A stretch of 64,000 bases of DNA from Azolla caroliniana (Eukaryota; Plantae; Polypodiophyta), in assembly GCA_043228905.1 (NCBI GenBank), contig JBHGNT010000008.1, positions 5,704,001 through 5,768,000 on the forward strand. Direction: 5' to 3'. The position numbers and the translations under genes were made by a program. How positions within the stretch are numbered: position 1 is the first letter of the stretch; every line of letters begins with the position of its first letter. This document shows positions 13,429 through 27,258 of this stretch, piece by piece. Under the pieces are notes generated by a model that saw only the letters and a list, made by a program, of their open reading frames with translations, was not told the origin of the DNA and made no database searches.

Positions 13429-13720
13429 GATAACATAGGATATATTATGTGAAGAGTAAGTACAAAATGGCTATGAGGCTTAAGACTGGCGTTGAACCAA
13501 TTTGATACAAAATAATGCCTAGTGCCTTCTTTTATAGTGTTCTCAGGAGTAATCCTGAAGCTTCTAGAATGTTCCAGAGAAATCTGGAATATACATTAAT
13601 TTCCTAGAATAAAACTTAAATGAAAATAATATCCTACGTATTACAATAGATGGTATAATGGTCAAGAGCCCGACCCATATAACATAAGGTCATGGGTTCG
13701 AGTCTTGCCATATCAGGACA
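13252..13720 (-). repeat. 5' LTR of chromovirus
   Basis: Matches 4760-5208; followed by TSD TCTAC. Confidence 0.93.
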
Positions 13721-13974
13721 TCTACCACCAACAAGGATGAGAGATTAGTGTTCTCTAACTAAATACTTTCTTAATCTCTCTTAAGCTTAAGGGATACAAG
13801 AAGGAGGAGAGGAAGCACTAGCTCTTAATCAATAGGGAGAACTTTACAAATGGAAGAACCATTACAAAGCCACCACAATGTGGTTTACATTTAGGGTTTG
13901 TCTCTTTCACATTTGGCTACCCATTAGCTCCTTTTCCTCTTGCCATTTCTTCTTCATAGTTCCTTTACTACATT

Positions 13975-14323
13975 CTTGTTGATGCACTCTTCTTCATGAT
14001 CAATAGTGGTACAATCCATGCACTTAACTGAAGGCCTTGAGTAGACCTCGTTCTCAATGAAGGATATGGGTTCGGCAAGACAGATCTTGGGAATGCACAT
14101 TGTCCGCGATCAAAAAATAAATTATTGTGGCTATGACAAGAGAAGTACATGACAAAGGTGCTCCAGAGATTCAGCATGGAAAATGTGAAGCCGATCGGCT
14201 AAACACTACAGACTAATAGCAAGATATCCAGGAGACAATGTTAGAAAACAAAGACGGAGAAGGTTGAGATGATGAAGGTTCCCTATGCCTCAACAATCAG
14301 AAGCCTAATGTATGTGATAGTAT
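13975..14323 (+). pseudogene. Old copia RT fragment
   Basis: Translates in pieces as FSMKDMGSARQILGMHIVRD..MMKVPYAS, matching 41382..42155. Confidence 0.75.
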
Positions 14324-14768
14324 TGTGAAAGTTAATGTGTGAAAGCTTAGACAAACTGGCTCAATAGGCTAGCAACAGAAAATAGAACTAAGTTTTAATG
14401 GAAAGCTTGAATTACACACAAAGTACGCGGGAGATACAGAGAGAGGAGAACATCATAAACTCCAATTACAAAAAATTACTCTGTCACTATACAATGTGCT
14501 CAGTGAGAACTTTGATACAAGTCCTTAAAAGGACTAACAGAAGTATTGACAAGTACTTCAATACTTGTACTAAGCTATTGACACTATCTCCTAAGATAAC
14601 TACCTAGTCTAGGAGTGTAGACCTCCAACGGCCTACCGGTTAACACATGGGTGCGGCCCTCCGATCTGGCTCTCTTCTCCGAACACCGATTCCGCTTTGG
14701 TTCCGGACACCAATCCGACTCTGGCTTACTCAGTCAATGTGGATCAAGTTAAGCTTGTCCGCTCAACA
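14324..14768 (-). repeat. 3' LTR of the host copia
   Basis: TGT...ACA termini; adjacent CTCCCCCTCAAG is a PPT on the minus strand. Confidence 0.8.
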
Positions 14769-17700
14769 CTCCCCCTCAAGCTCACCTTGAGGTTCGATCT
14801 TAGTGGCAGTCTTTGTCGATCCTAGCTGTCGGCTTTTCCTGGCATCTTCTCACCTTGCTCGCGCTCCTCGACCTATCTGGTTCCACTTCCCACAACTTGT
14901 CCGGTTCCTGCGCAACTCGACCTTCTTAGTCGACTTGTTTGCTCAAGAGCCCATCTCAACTCCTTCATTGCTTTCACTTTGGTGCTTCTCGACTCGTCGG
15001 TTCCTCCGTGTCGGCGTCGAATTCCACTGCCTTCTAGTCCATTTGGTTTTCTGTTGATTCAATTCCACTGCCTTCTATCTCCAATTCATCCTCAATATTC
15101 AAACCCTTCACCACATCAAACCATGTCCGGGTCTTGGCCTTCTTCTTCCGATCGACTCTATCCTTCTTGAGTCTACCGTTGGCGTTGCTAGTTCCAACCT
15201 GTTCGGATTTGGCTTTATTTCCGTCCTTGTCTCCCCCTGTTTCGGTTGTTTCCTCCTCTCTGGATGATTCTCTAGTGCCTTTACCTATCTTCCTGGTTTC
15301 CGTTTTGGTTTCCACTTTTTCCTTTCTCCCCCTCAAGTGCGGTACATCGAGATGTTGAAGGCCAAGCATATCCAAAAAGTGTTGCAACTTCTCCAATCCA
15401 AGTGGCTTGGTGAAGATTCCGGCAACCTGCCAATCCGTGCGAACATAATGCAGTTCGACTTCACAGCTCAAGACCCGCTCGTGCACAAAGTGATAATGCA
15501 CTTTTATGTGCTTCATCCAAGCATGAAACACAGGATTCTTGGCCAACTACATGCTACTTATTGTCACAGTAGATCAGGATCAGAGTCGGTACTTCGATCC
15601 AGAGGTTTTGCAGCAGCTGTCGAAGCCATATGGCTTCATAGGTGGCGACGGTTGCACCTCGATACTCACTCTCAGTGCTCGATAGAGCCACTGTCGGCTA
15701 CCTTTTGCTGCTTCACGCAACAGGCGCGCTCCCAAGAGAAAACATAAAACCGGAAGTGGATCGACGATTCGACGTGTCACCGGCCCAATCAACATCTATA
15801 TAACCAACTAGCTTTTTCGTTATAACGTGTCAGTATAACAATCCCCGATCCTTAGTGCCGCTCACATACCTCAATAGTCAATGTGCGCACTGAAGGTGCT
15901 CAACAGTCGGCCTTTGCATAAACTGGTTGATCACTCTGACAGGATAGCTGATGTGAGGTCGGGTGATCGTTAAGTAAATAAGGCTTTTGAAAATTTGTTA
16001 GAACTGTTTCTCATTGCAAGCCAGTCTGGACTCAGGACGAAGCTTCAGGTTCCGGTCCAGGGGATGTGGAGACTAGTCGGCAATCCGTCGTGCCGAACTT
16101 GTACAACATATTCAACACATATTGTCGTTGTGAGAGCAATATGCCTTCGAGTTTATGGATCACTTTAATCCCAAGGAAATAATGAAGGTCCCCTAGGTCC
16201 TTCAATTCGATCAGATCCGACAATTGGGACTTCACTTGGCAGATTTCAGTGAGTCCGGGTTTGGTGATGACTAGATCATCCATGTATAGCAAGATGCACC
16301 GAACCTTCTAGACCTCTCTAGATGAACAACGACGAGTTGGATTTCGAGGCCACAAACCCCATCTTACGCAACTGGTGCGTGATTTTCGAATTCCAAGCTA
16401 GAGGGGCTTGCTTCAAGCCATAGAGCGACATCTTGAGTCGGCACACTGCCAATGTGTTCATCTCCAACTGAAATCCGGGGGGTTGGATCATATATACTTG
16501 TTCTTCAAGATCCTCTTGAAGAAATGCATTCTTCACATCCGTTTGGTGAAGATGCCACCCCCCCTTGCCGCAACAATTTCCAGCATCACATGAACCGTCG
16601 TCATCTTCATTACCGGAGCAAAGGTCTCATCGTAATCAATTCCGTGGGTCTTGTACTGGTTGACCGAACTGTCAGAATTGTACTTCACCTTGTACACCCA
16701 CTTGTAGCCGATTGGTTTGCAATATCGGGGAGGCTCAACCAAATCCCAGGTGTCGTTGGCATCAAGAGCTCGCATTTCTTCCTCCATCGTGGCACGCCAG
16801 TTTGCGTCTTTCGCCACTTTTGCATCTCTCCGGCTCACGCACTTCCGCCACTTTCGTCATGTACGCATAGTGATGTGCCCTGTACTCATTATACCCATAC
16901 CACTTCATAGGATTCTTTTGACAGGTCAATCGACGTAACTTTTAATTAGCCAATTTAAGGACGCTCTTGGCTGACTCAAACTTCATCTCTAAAGGTCCTT
17001 CTTCGTTCTTTCTAGTGTCAGATTCACTTTGATCCGACTCGTCTCTGTTGGTGTCATATTCTGACATCTTCTTCTTCCCATTCTCTTTGCGCGTGAACCG
17101 TCTCCTCGGTTCCTTGCGTGGGAAGAGCACAATTGAATATCCACTACTTGACGGCCCATCATCCCGCTGGACTTTCCGATTCAGCTCTTCATTTGGCCCG
17201 CTCAGCCTGAATGAGATCAGACTCTCGCCAAGAGTACTGAAGTCTTATTCTGCTTCTACACGGATCATTTCGGGCTCACTGGCATCATCCTCTATGATCG
17301 GGTAATCGAAGTCGGTAAGGAGTACCACAATGACGAGAAATATACGGAATAATCTCCGGCCACAACCGAAGCGTAGATCACTTGATGACAATCAAACACA
17401 GAAGAAATGGGAATGGAGGTAAGTACACAAATAGAAAGAGAATACACAGGATGTTAACGTGGAAAACCCTGAGAGGGAAAAACCACGGGACTCCACAGAC
17501 TCCAAACTATCACTATGTCAAGGAGTACAATAGGGAGCACAGAGACAATGACCTCTTGCTCACATTCTTCTCCTGGCGGCGGTTACAATAGAGACATGCT
17601 CTGTATCGCTCTCTCTCTCTCTCAGTACAGTCGTTACACCAATTACCCTATACAAAGATAATAACAGCAACTATAATATAACACACTATTTGCCCTAGGT

Positions 17701-18093
17701 CACATTTATACTAATATGACATTAGGAATATTTACAAATATAACCCCAATGGGCTCTCAGAAACATGTCTACATATATGTCCCTTCATCCGGTGAGAGGT
17801 TCTCAATGGGCCTGAAACATCCGGTTCTCACTGGGTCTTCCTTGCCGGATACTCGTCATCCGGTTCTCACCAGGTCTTCCATGCCGGGTACTCATCATCT
17901 AGTTCTCACTAGGTCTTCCTTGTCGGGTACTCGTCATCCGTTTCTCACCGGGTCTTCCTTGCCGAGTACTCGTCATCCGGTTCTCACCAGGTCTTCCTAT
18001 GTCGGGCACTCGTCATCCAGTTCTCATCGGGTCTTCCTATGCCGGGCCTTCATATCCCATCCGGAGGGACCGAGATCCTAACAATTTCCCCCT

Positions 18094-21000
18094 TCACTCC
18101 AGCATGTGATGCCTCGTCAATCCGTTCGGCTTCCTACATGCGTCTAGCTTGTCGGACGTCAGCACCTTGGTCAGCATATCCGACCCATTCTCCTCCGTGT
18201 GGATCTTCGTCAGCACGAACTCTCGGTCTTCTACTCGATCTTGAATCCAGTGGTACCTCCGTTGGATGTGCTTCGTCCTGGAATGACACGTTGCGTTCTT
18301 CGCAAGGTGGATGGCACTTTGACTGTCGCAATAGAGCCGGTATTCCTCTTGCCGGATCCCTAACTCTTCGATGAAGTCCTTCATCCATAGTATTTCCTTG
18401 TCGGCTTCCACATCTGCCATGTACTCTGCTTCCGTGGTTGACAACGCAACCGTCTTTTGCAACCTCGATTGCCACGAAACAGCTCCCCCCGCATATGTCA
18501 TGACATATCCGGATGTTGACCGGCTGGTATCCGCATTAGCCGACATATCCGAATCCGTGAAACCGTCAAGTTGGGGTTTATCAAAGACACATACTTGAGG
18601 TGCCTTTCAAGTATCAGAGTATCCATTTTACCGCATTCCAGTGCTCCTTGCCGGGATTGCTCATAAACCGGCTCACCACTCCAACTGCATATCCGATATC
18701 CCGTCGGGTACACACCATTGCGTACATTAGGCTCCCGACGAAAGAGGCATATGGTATCTTCATCATATCCGCCTTCTCTACCTTCGTCTTCGGGCTTAGT
18801 TTACCGGATAACCTGCAGTTTGTCAGAAGTGCCGATCCGACCGGTTTCGCATTTGACATGTTGAACTGTTGAAGCACCTTTGTCACGTACTTCTCCTGTG
18901 ACAGCCACAATTTCTTCGTTGGCCGGTCCCGGATGATATGCATCCCCAGCATCTGTCCTGCCGGACCCAAGTCTTTCATTGAAAAGGTCTGGTTCAGGGC
19001 CTTCTTCAGCATCCGTATCTTGACTTGGTCTTGTCCCACGATCAGCATGTCATCCACGTACAAGAGGAGTATCAGGAAGTCTCCACCTTCGAACTTCTTC
19101 ACAAATATGCAGTGATCGGCCTGCGTCTTGTGGTACCCTTGATCGGTCATGAAGGAGTCAAACTTCCGGTACCATTGCCGGGGAGCCTGCTTCAACCCGT
19201 AGAGGCTCTTTTTTAACCGGAAAACCAAGTGCTCCTTCCCTTTCTTCACAAATCCCTCCAGTTGCTACATGTAGATCTCCTCTTCGAGGTCGCCATGGAG
19301 GAACGCCGTCTTCACGTCTAACTGCTCTACCTCGAGATCCATGCTTGCCGCTATGCTCAACATCGTCCGAATGGAAGTCATCTTTACTACCGGGGCAAAT
19401 ATCTCGTCGAAGTCCACGCCCTTCTTCTGTTGGAACCCCTTCACCACGATCCTAGCTTTGTACCTTGGAGGATTGCCGGCATCTCCCGGTTTCAACTTGT
19501 ACACCCACTTGTTTCGGAGTGCCCTCTTTCCTTTCGGCAACTCTACCAATTCATATGTGTGGTTCTCATGCAGGGCATCCATCTCGTCCTGCATGGCACT
19601 CAACCACTTGCGGCTATGGGTGTCATCCTTCGCTTCTTCGAAGCTTTCCGGCTCCCCCTCATCAGTTAGCAGCACATGCTCTGCATCCAGAAATCTCCGG
19701 GGGGGCCTTCTCTCTCTAAGACGATATCTCCGTCTTTGGCTTTCGGCAACCGGTTCCTCTATTTGTTCTGCATCCGAATCCGATTCGGGGTCTTGTTCGG
19801 TTCCGGTTTCAGCTTCCTCCACTTCTTCTTATGCCGGTTCAAACCTTTTGCTGCGTGTCTCCATCCAAGGGCACTGAGGGTGATCTGTTTATCATATACG
19901 TCGCTGTCGACAACGCCTGAGCCCAAAACGTCTTGGGTAGTTTAGCATGTGCTAGCATACTCGGACCCTCTCCATTATGGTCTGGTTCATCCTCTTGGCT
20001 AGCCTGTTTAGTTCCGGCATCTTCGGCACAGTAAATTCGAGCCGGATTCCCTTCGAGCGGCAATACTCCTCGAACTACCCCCGGTATTCCCCTCCGTTAT
20101 CTGCTTGAACCGCCTTCAGCTTCCGTCCAGTTTCTCTTTCCACTCTTGCGTGGAGCTCCTTGAAGACGGATAACACCTGATCCTTCGTCTTCAACGGTGT
20201 GGCCCACAACCTCCTATTGTGGTCATTTATGAACGTCACAAAGTATTGCGCTCCGGCATGGGACTTCGTGTGCACTTGATACACATTGCTATGCACCAAC
20301 TCCAATGGTGCATTACGTCTCATCGATTAGAAAGAGGTCTGGTTTTGCTTACGGGCTAGGCAGTCGGTGCACCTCTCAAGATGCACGTTCTTCAAAGGAA
20401 TGACGTTATCATTGACAAGCCTCTTCATCCCCTTCACGCTCATGTGACACAGTCTCTTGTGCCATAGCTCACTAGCAGTGTCGGAAGCCATGTTCACTTC
20501 TTCCGGGCATAACCGGGCATTCATCAGGTACAACATGTTGACCTTCCAGGCCCGAGCCACTATCAGGCTCCCTTTGTTGAATTTCATGACTCCGTTCCGG
20601 ATGCTACTCGTGTAGCCTTCATCATCTAGCCGACCGGCTGATATCAGGTTCAGTCGAACCTCCGGAACGTGCCGGTTATCCTTCAGCAGCAGCTTGCATC
20701 CGGTTGGTGTTGTCAACCACACGTCTCCTATGCCAACAATTCGGCATGTACCTTCATTCCCCATCTAGACACAGCCGTGATCACCGGCTGAGTAGGATGA
20801 GAAGCATTTCCGGTCCGGGGTAAGGTGGAACGACGCTCGGAAATCGAAAACCCACGTTGTCTCGTCGCCAGCAAAGTTCAACTCACTCTCCTCGGTGATG
20901 AGCATCAACTCTTCTTCACTTGCCGCGATTGCCGTCGTTCCCTTCCGGTCCGGTCCCCTCCGGTCTTTACCGTTCCGGTCCGATGTCCGCTTCGAATCAG

Positions 21001-21768
21001 TACCGTCGTTTTCCTTGTCTTTTCAGAAGTGCTGACAATTCTTTTGGAAGTGTCCCGGCTTGCCGCAATAGAAGCAAGTAGGCCTCCCCCTTGACTTTGA
21101 CTTTGTCCCGACTTTTCCTGGTTCTGTGGACTACAATTCCTTTGTCTTCCGCGTTCCGATTCGGTAAGGAGCGCTTTGGAGTCGGAGCTCGCATCCTTGT
21201 CTTTCTGACGCGCCTCCTCATCTAGCAGGCTCGACTTCTCTCTTGCTAGGGATAACCGTTTCCCTTCTGGCCCGGCGTTGCCCAAAGTGACAACCAACGT
21301 CTCCCATCTATCTGGGAGGGAACCGAGCAGGAGTAGTGCTAGTAACTCATCGGCGAGAGGTACTTCCAATGATGTTGCCTGGTGGATCAGCCCCTGGAAG
21401 GAATTCATGTGCTCCGCCATGCTGGAGCCATCTTGGTACCGGAGTCTTACTAGCTTCCGACATACCGAAACCTGATTAACAGCATTTTTGTTCTGAAACA
21501 TAATGCCGATCTTCTCCCAGAGCTCATGAGCCTTGCTCTCTTCATTGAAGTTGTTGTATAGACTCATGTCGATGAAGCACCGTATGTACGTCGTTGTCTT
21601 CATGTGCATCACCTCCCATATCGTGGCATCGATTTTGTCCGGTCTCTTGTCGCCGAACTAAACCGGCAACCAAAGATCTTTAACCACGAGCATGTCCCTC
21701 ATCTTCGACTTCCACACTGAGTAGTTGGAGCCAGTGAGTTTGAACATGCCTCCCAACGAATCATCCAT
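18094..21768 (-). pseudogene. Copia gag-PR-INT-RT-RH polyprotein, disrupted, with an internal deletion of about 350 bp at about 19835
   Basis: LLTDEGEPESFEEA, RYKARIVVKGF, LLYVDD, RTKHIQRRYHW; stops and frameshifts; deletion seen relative to 30691-31041. Confidence 0.92.
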
Positions 21769-22289
21769 TTTTCTGTGTCATTTCACTCTGATACCAATTT
21801 GACGAGAAATATGCGGAATAATCTCCGGCCACAACCGAAGCGTAGATCACTTGATGACAATCAAACACGGAAGAAATGGGAATGGAGGTAAGTACACAAA
21901 CAGAAAGAGAATACACAGGATGTTAACGTGGAAAACCCTGAGAGGGAAAAACCACAGAAGTCCACAGACTCCAAACTATCACTATGTCAAGGAGTACAAC
22001 AAGGAGCACGAAGGCAACGACCTCTTGCTCACATTCTTCGCCTGGAGGAGGTTACAACGGAGACATGTTCTGTATCACTCACTCTCTCTCTCTCTCTCTC
22101 AGTACAGTCGTTACACCAATTACCCTATACAAAGATAATAACAACAACTATAATATAACACATTGTTTGCCCTAGGTCACATTTATACTAATATGATATT
22201 AGGACTATTTACAGATATAGCCCCAATGGGCTCTCAGAAACATATCTACATATATGTCCCTTCATCCAGTGAGAGGTTCTCACCGGGCT

Positions 22290-22590
22290 TGCAACATCTG
22301 GTTCTCACCGGGTCTTCCTTGCCGGATACTCGTCATCCGGTTCTCATCGGGTCTTCCTTGCCGGGTACTTGTCATCCGGTTCTCACCAGGTCTTCCATGC
22401 CGGGTACTCGTCATCCGGTTCTCACCGGGTCTTCCTTTGTCGGGTACTCATCATCCGGTTCTCACCGGTCTGCATCATCCGGTTCTCATCGAGTCTTCCT
22501 TGCCGGGTACTCGTCATCCGGTTCTCACCGGGTCTTCCTATGCCGGGCACTCGTCATCTGGTTCTCACCGGGTCTTCCTATGCCGAGCCT
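22290..22590. repeat. About 39-bp U3 tandem repeats in the copia 5' LTR (also at 17818-18050)
   Basis: CATCCGGTTCTCACCGGGTCTTCCTTGCCGGGTACTCGT units; copy number differs between the two LTRs. Confidence 0.85.
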
Positions 22591-23982
22591 TCGTATCCCA
22601 TCCGGAGGGACCGAGATCCTAACACACAATGCTGACTCATCGAATTGGACATCTCAGCTTACTCGAACTTGTTTGGTCCGGGAGTAATAACACTTGTACC
22701 CCTTCTATTCATGCCAGTAGCCAAGCAGGATGCACTTCTCCAACTTTGGGTCCAGCTTCTTCCGCTTCTCAACCGGTACATGTCAAGAATAGTACTAGAA
22801 TAGAGAGAGAATTAGTACTAGAGAAGGGAAGTACTATTAGTATTAAGAGGACAGACTGCGTAAGACTCACGAGAGACTGACTGACAAACAGACAGACAAA
22901 GAGAGGATGATGATAACAGATGATATATTATGTGAAAAGTAAGTACAAAATAGCTATGAGGCTTAAGACTGGCATTGAACTAATTTGGTTCGAAATAATT
23001 CCTTGTGCCTCTTTTTATAGTGTTCTCAAGAATAGTCCTGAAGCTTCTAGAATGTTCCAAAGAAATCTGGAATATACAATAATTTTCTATAGTAAAACTT
23101 AAATGAAAATAATATCCTACGTATTACAATAGATAATGTAATGGGCAAGAGCTCGATCCATAGAACATAAGGTTATGGGTTCGAGTCTTGCCATATCATG
23201 ACACTATCCCCCCATTAAGATAACGAGTGTCACGAGTCGGTGCTGATTTTGGACCAGGTTTGTCCGGATACTTTCGGTGGAAATCAACAAGAAGATCCTG
23301 AGCATCGGCGACATGCTTGACAGGTTCCCCAGTACGTTCGCTCGTCGAGCCAATTGACCAAATAATAAAGTTTGTTGCGAAGAAACTTGGCATCGAGGAT
23401 GGCAACAACTTCATACTCCGGGCCAGTGTCCAACTCAAACGGGGGCGGCGGTGGTGTAACATGATCGGGAATAGTGTTGGCCTAATAAGGTTCGAGAAGA
23501 AAAGTATGGAAGACCGGATGTATCTGAAGGTGCGGAGCGTGACATCATTAATCTTGCCGATAATACAAAAAGGACCGAGTCGTCGATAATCCAATTTGTC
23601 GCATGGTCAAGTAGTCTTGATGTGACGACGTAAGAGCCATACTCGATCTCCAATGGCAAAAGAGGAGGGAAGTCGATGACGATCTGCATAAGTCTTAATC
23701 TTGCGTAGCCTCTCTAGATGATCCTCGGCACGAGGGTAGGTAGCTCCGGAGTGTCGATCACAAACCAGCGAGGATGCGAACCGGTATAAAGCGTAAAATG
23801 GCGAAACCCAAATAGAGGAGTGAATAGCGTTGTTATACGGAAACTCCACAAAGTGGAGAATATCACCCCAATCGTCCTGTTGATAACTCAGAAAACACCG
23901 AAGATATTTGTTCTAGCGTTTGATTTGTTCATTCCGCTTGCCCATCAGTTTGGGGATGATAGCCGAAGGAGAGGTTGCAAGA

Positions 23983-25103
23983 GACCTTGAGAATCTTGAA
24001 GAGATGCTTCCAAAATTTGGAGACGAATTGAGGTCCTCGGTTATTGATGATACTGTCTAGGAGGCCATGATGCTAAAATACGTCATGCATGAAAAGGGCT
24101 ACAGTTTCATCACTAGCAATGGCCTTAATACAAGGCACAAAATGTGCCATCTCAGTATATCGATCGACGATGGTTAAGATAGCATCGAAACCCTTTGAGA
24201 CTGGAAGATTTGTGATAAAATCAAGACAAATGAACTGCCACGTCTTACTTGGAATTGGTAAGGACCTTGAGAATCTTGAAGAGATGCTTCCAAAATTTGG
24301 AGACAAATTGAGGTCCTCGGTTACTGATGATACTGTCTAGGAGGCCATGATGCTAAAATACCTCATGCATGAAAAGGGCTACAGTTTCATCACTAGCAAT
24401 GGCCTTAATACAAGGCACAAAATGTGCCATCTCAGTATATCGATCGACGATGGTTAAGATAGCATCGAAACCCTTTGAGACTGGAAGATTTGTGATAAAA
24501 TCAAGACAAATGAACTGCCACGTCTTACTTGGAATTGGTAAGGACCTTGAGAATCTTGAAGAGATGCTTTCAAAATTTGGAGACAAATTGAGGTCCTCGG
24601 TTACTGATGATACTGTCTAGGAGGCCATGATGCTAAAATACCTCATGCATGAAAAGGGCTACAGTTTCATCACTAGCAATGGCCTTAATACAAGGCACAA
24701 AATGTGTCATCTCAGTATATCGATCGACGATGGTTAAGATAGCATCGAAACCCTTTGAGACTGGAAGATTTGTGATAAAATCAAGACAAATGAACTGCCA
24801 CGTCTTACTTGGAATTGGTAAGGACCTTGAGAATCTTGAAGAGATGCTTCCAAAATTTGGAGACAAATTGAGGTCCTCGGTTACTGATGATACTGTCTAG
24901 GAGGCCATGATGCTAAAATACCTCATGCATGAAAAGGGCTACAGTTTCATCACTAGCAATGGCCTTAATACAAGGCACAAAATGTGCCATCTCAGTATAT
25001 CGATCGACGATGGTTAAGATAGCATCAAAACCCTTTGAGACTAGAAGATCTGTGATAAAATCAAGACAAATGAACTGCCACGTCTTACTTGGAATTGGTA
25101 AGG
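23983..25103. repeat. 280-bp tandem quadruplication of an integrase core segment
   Basis: GACCTTGAGAATCTTGAAGAGATGC at 23983, 24263, 24543 and 24823; repeated ORFs 280 bp apart. Confidence 0.95.
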
Positions 25104-27258
25104 ATTCCAACAAGCCATATTGATGATGTCGTGGCATCTTTGCTCGTCAACAAGCATCACAGGTCCGAACATAGTCGTCGACAAAACGTCGCATATGGGG
25201 TTGCCAAAACGATCGTCGAACTAGATCCAACATCTTAGTACTATAGAAATGTCCCACGGTATGGGTGTCGTCACAATTTTGGACGATTTGAAGGCGACAG
25301 GAGAAATCGCGAACATACACGAGCTTTTTAAAGAATAATAAACCATCATGATATTCGAATTGTCGGTAGTCTATACCTGGTTGTTGAGACTGGGAACAAG
25401 ATACCTGAGAGGCATCAATTTGCGCTAGAATGGCTTGAGCGAAACTATCTATCTTCAAGTTGGCACGTATGGCATCGACAATCCAGGAATCCAGTGCAGT
25501 GTGAAAAATCCGCGTTGTGTGCAAACATGTTGGTCCCAAGATTACCGACTTTTAATTATCAAATGTTTGATCACCCGGACGAGGTGCAAGATATGAACGT
25601 CGCGATACTGCATGTACTTTTCATTGGTGCTTCCCTGGCCGATATGTGATTTTGAAGTCAAAATGCGTGAGTAATTGGGCCCACCGAGCTTGTCATCGAT
25701 TTAGTACACGAACGTTCTGGAAGTAAGCAAGATTTTTGTGATCACTGAAGACGATGACCTGATGAGGAGAGCCCTCTAAGACGTGTCATCATTGCACAAA
25801 CGAATCCACGATGACTAATAACTCCTTGTCATGTATCTCGTAGTTAATTTCTGTGTCATCAAATTTGCGTGAGTAGAAAGCCACATGATGTAACTTTTCT
25901 TTATCTCCTTGTTGTGAAAGGATGCTACCGAGGGCGAAATCCAATGCGTTGGCATCCCATGATGAATGGTTTGTTTGTATCCACATAAGCTAGAATAGGA
26001 GCTAATGTAAAGGCTTTCTTAAGATGCATAAAAGCCATGTCCGCTTCACTGGACCAAAGAAATGATTGTCCCTTCTTGGTAATTTGTCTGAGAGGTAAAA
26101 TAATCTTCGAGTAATCTTGTATAAACTTCCAGTAGAAGTTAGCAAAGCCTAGGAAACATTGCACATCTTGTAACGAACGTGGAGTTTGCCACTCTAGTGT
26201 TAGGAAATAGGTCCCTGCGGATGAGGAGTACCCGGCTACGGATGACCCGGTGAGAACCGGATGATGAGTGCCCGGCAAACGCCGGATGATGCAGATCCGG
26301 TGAAGAGTGATCACCGGATGAAGGGACATATTTGTAAATATGTTTCTGAGAGTCCATCGAGGCTATATTTGTAAATAGCCGAAAATTCATATTAGTATAA
26401 ATATGACTTAGGGCAAACACAGAACATAGGGGGGTGTTGTCATTCTTGTTGGCGCAAGATTAGAGCGCAATAGTGTACACAGAGAGAGAGAGAGAAAGAA
26501 ATGAAGAGGTCGTTGCCTCTGTTGTAACCGCCGCCTGTGGCGAAGATCGTGAGCACGAGGTCGTTGCCTCCGTGAGCTGACTGTTGTAATCTTTGCGATA
26601 TAGTGATAGTTCGCAGTCTGTGGGCTGCCGTGGTTTATTCCCTAGTTTGGGTTTTCTACATAAACATCATGTGTACTCTTTTCTCTCCTCTGTGTCGTGC
26701 ATTCATTATCCGTTTTTTCTTGTGTTTCGATTTTAGACTCGGTTGTGGCCGAGTGTGTCAGAAGGGAGCGTGCATTCCTGTCAAAGTGGTATCAGAGCGA
26801 GGTTACACAGAAAAATGGACGATTCATTGGGAGGCATGTTCAATCTCACCGGCTCCAACTATTCGGTGTGGAAGTCGAAGATGAGGGACATGCTCGTGGT
26901 TAAAGACCTTTGGCTGCCAGTTCAGTTCGGGGACAAGAGACCGCACAAAATCGACGCCACGATATGGGAGGTGATGCACATGAAGACAACGGCATACATA
27001 CGGTGCTTCATCGACATGAGCCTGTACAACAACTTCAATGAAGAGAGCAAGGCTCATGAGCTCTGGGAGAAGATCGGCATTATGTTTTAGAACAAAAATG
27101 TTGTCAATCAGGTTTCGGTATTTCGGAAGCGAGTAAGTCTCCGGTACCAAGATGGCTCCAGCATGGCGGAGCACATGAATGCCTTTCAGGGGCTGATTCA
27201 CCAGGCAACATCATTGGAAGTACCTCTCGCCGATGAGGTACTAGCGCTACTCCTACTC

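Larger units (their letters stand above)
4760..13720 (-). mobile_element. Full-length degenerate Ty3/gypsy chromovirus (Tcn1-like), TSD TCTAC
   Basis: LTRs 4760-5208 and 13252-13720; TCTAC at 4755-4759 and 13721-13725; PPT next to 5209; gag-PR-RT-RH-INT-chromodomain remnants. Confidence 0.95.
17331..22624 (-). mobile_element. Tork/Tnt1-like copia, near full length, TSD CACAA
   Basis: LTRs 17331-18083 and 21800-22624; CACAA at 17326-17330 and 22625-22629; iMet PBS TGGTATCAGAG at 21786-21796; PPT at 18084-18100. Confidence 0.96.

Noticed and set aside
13726-13972. Possible LTR belonging to the gag at 2229-4525, split by the chromovirus
   Set aside because: Ends in ACTACA, but no partner LTR, PBS or TSD could be identified.
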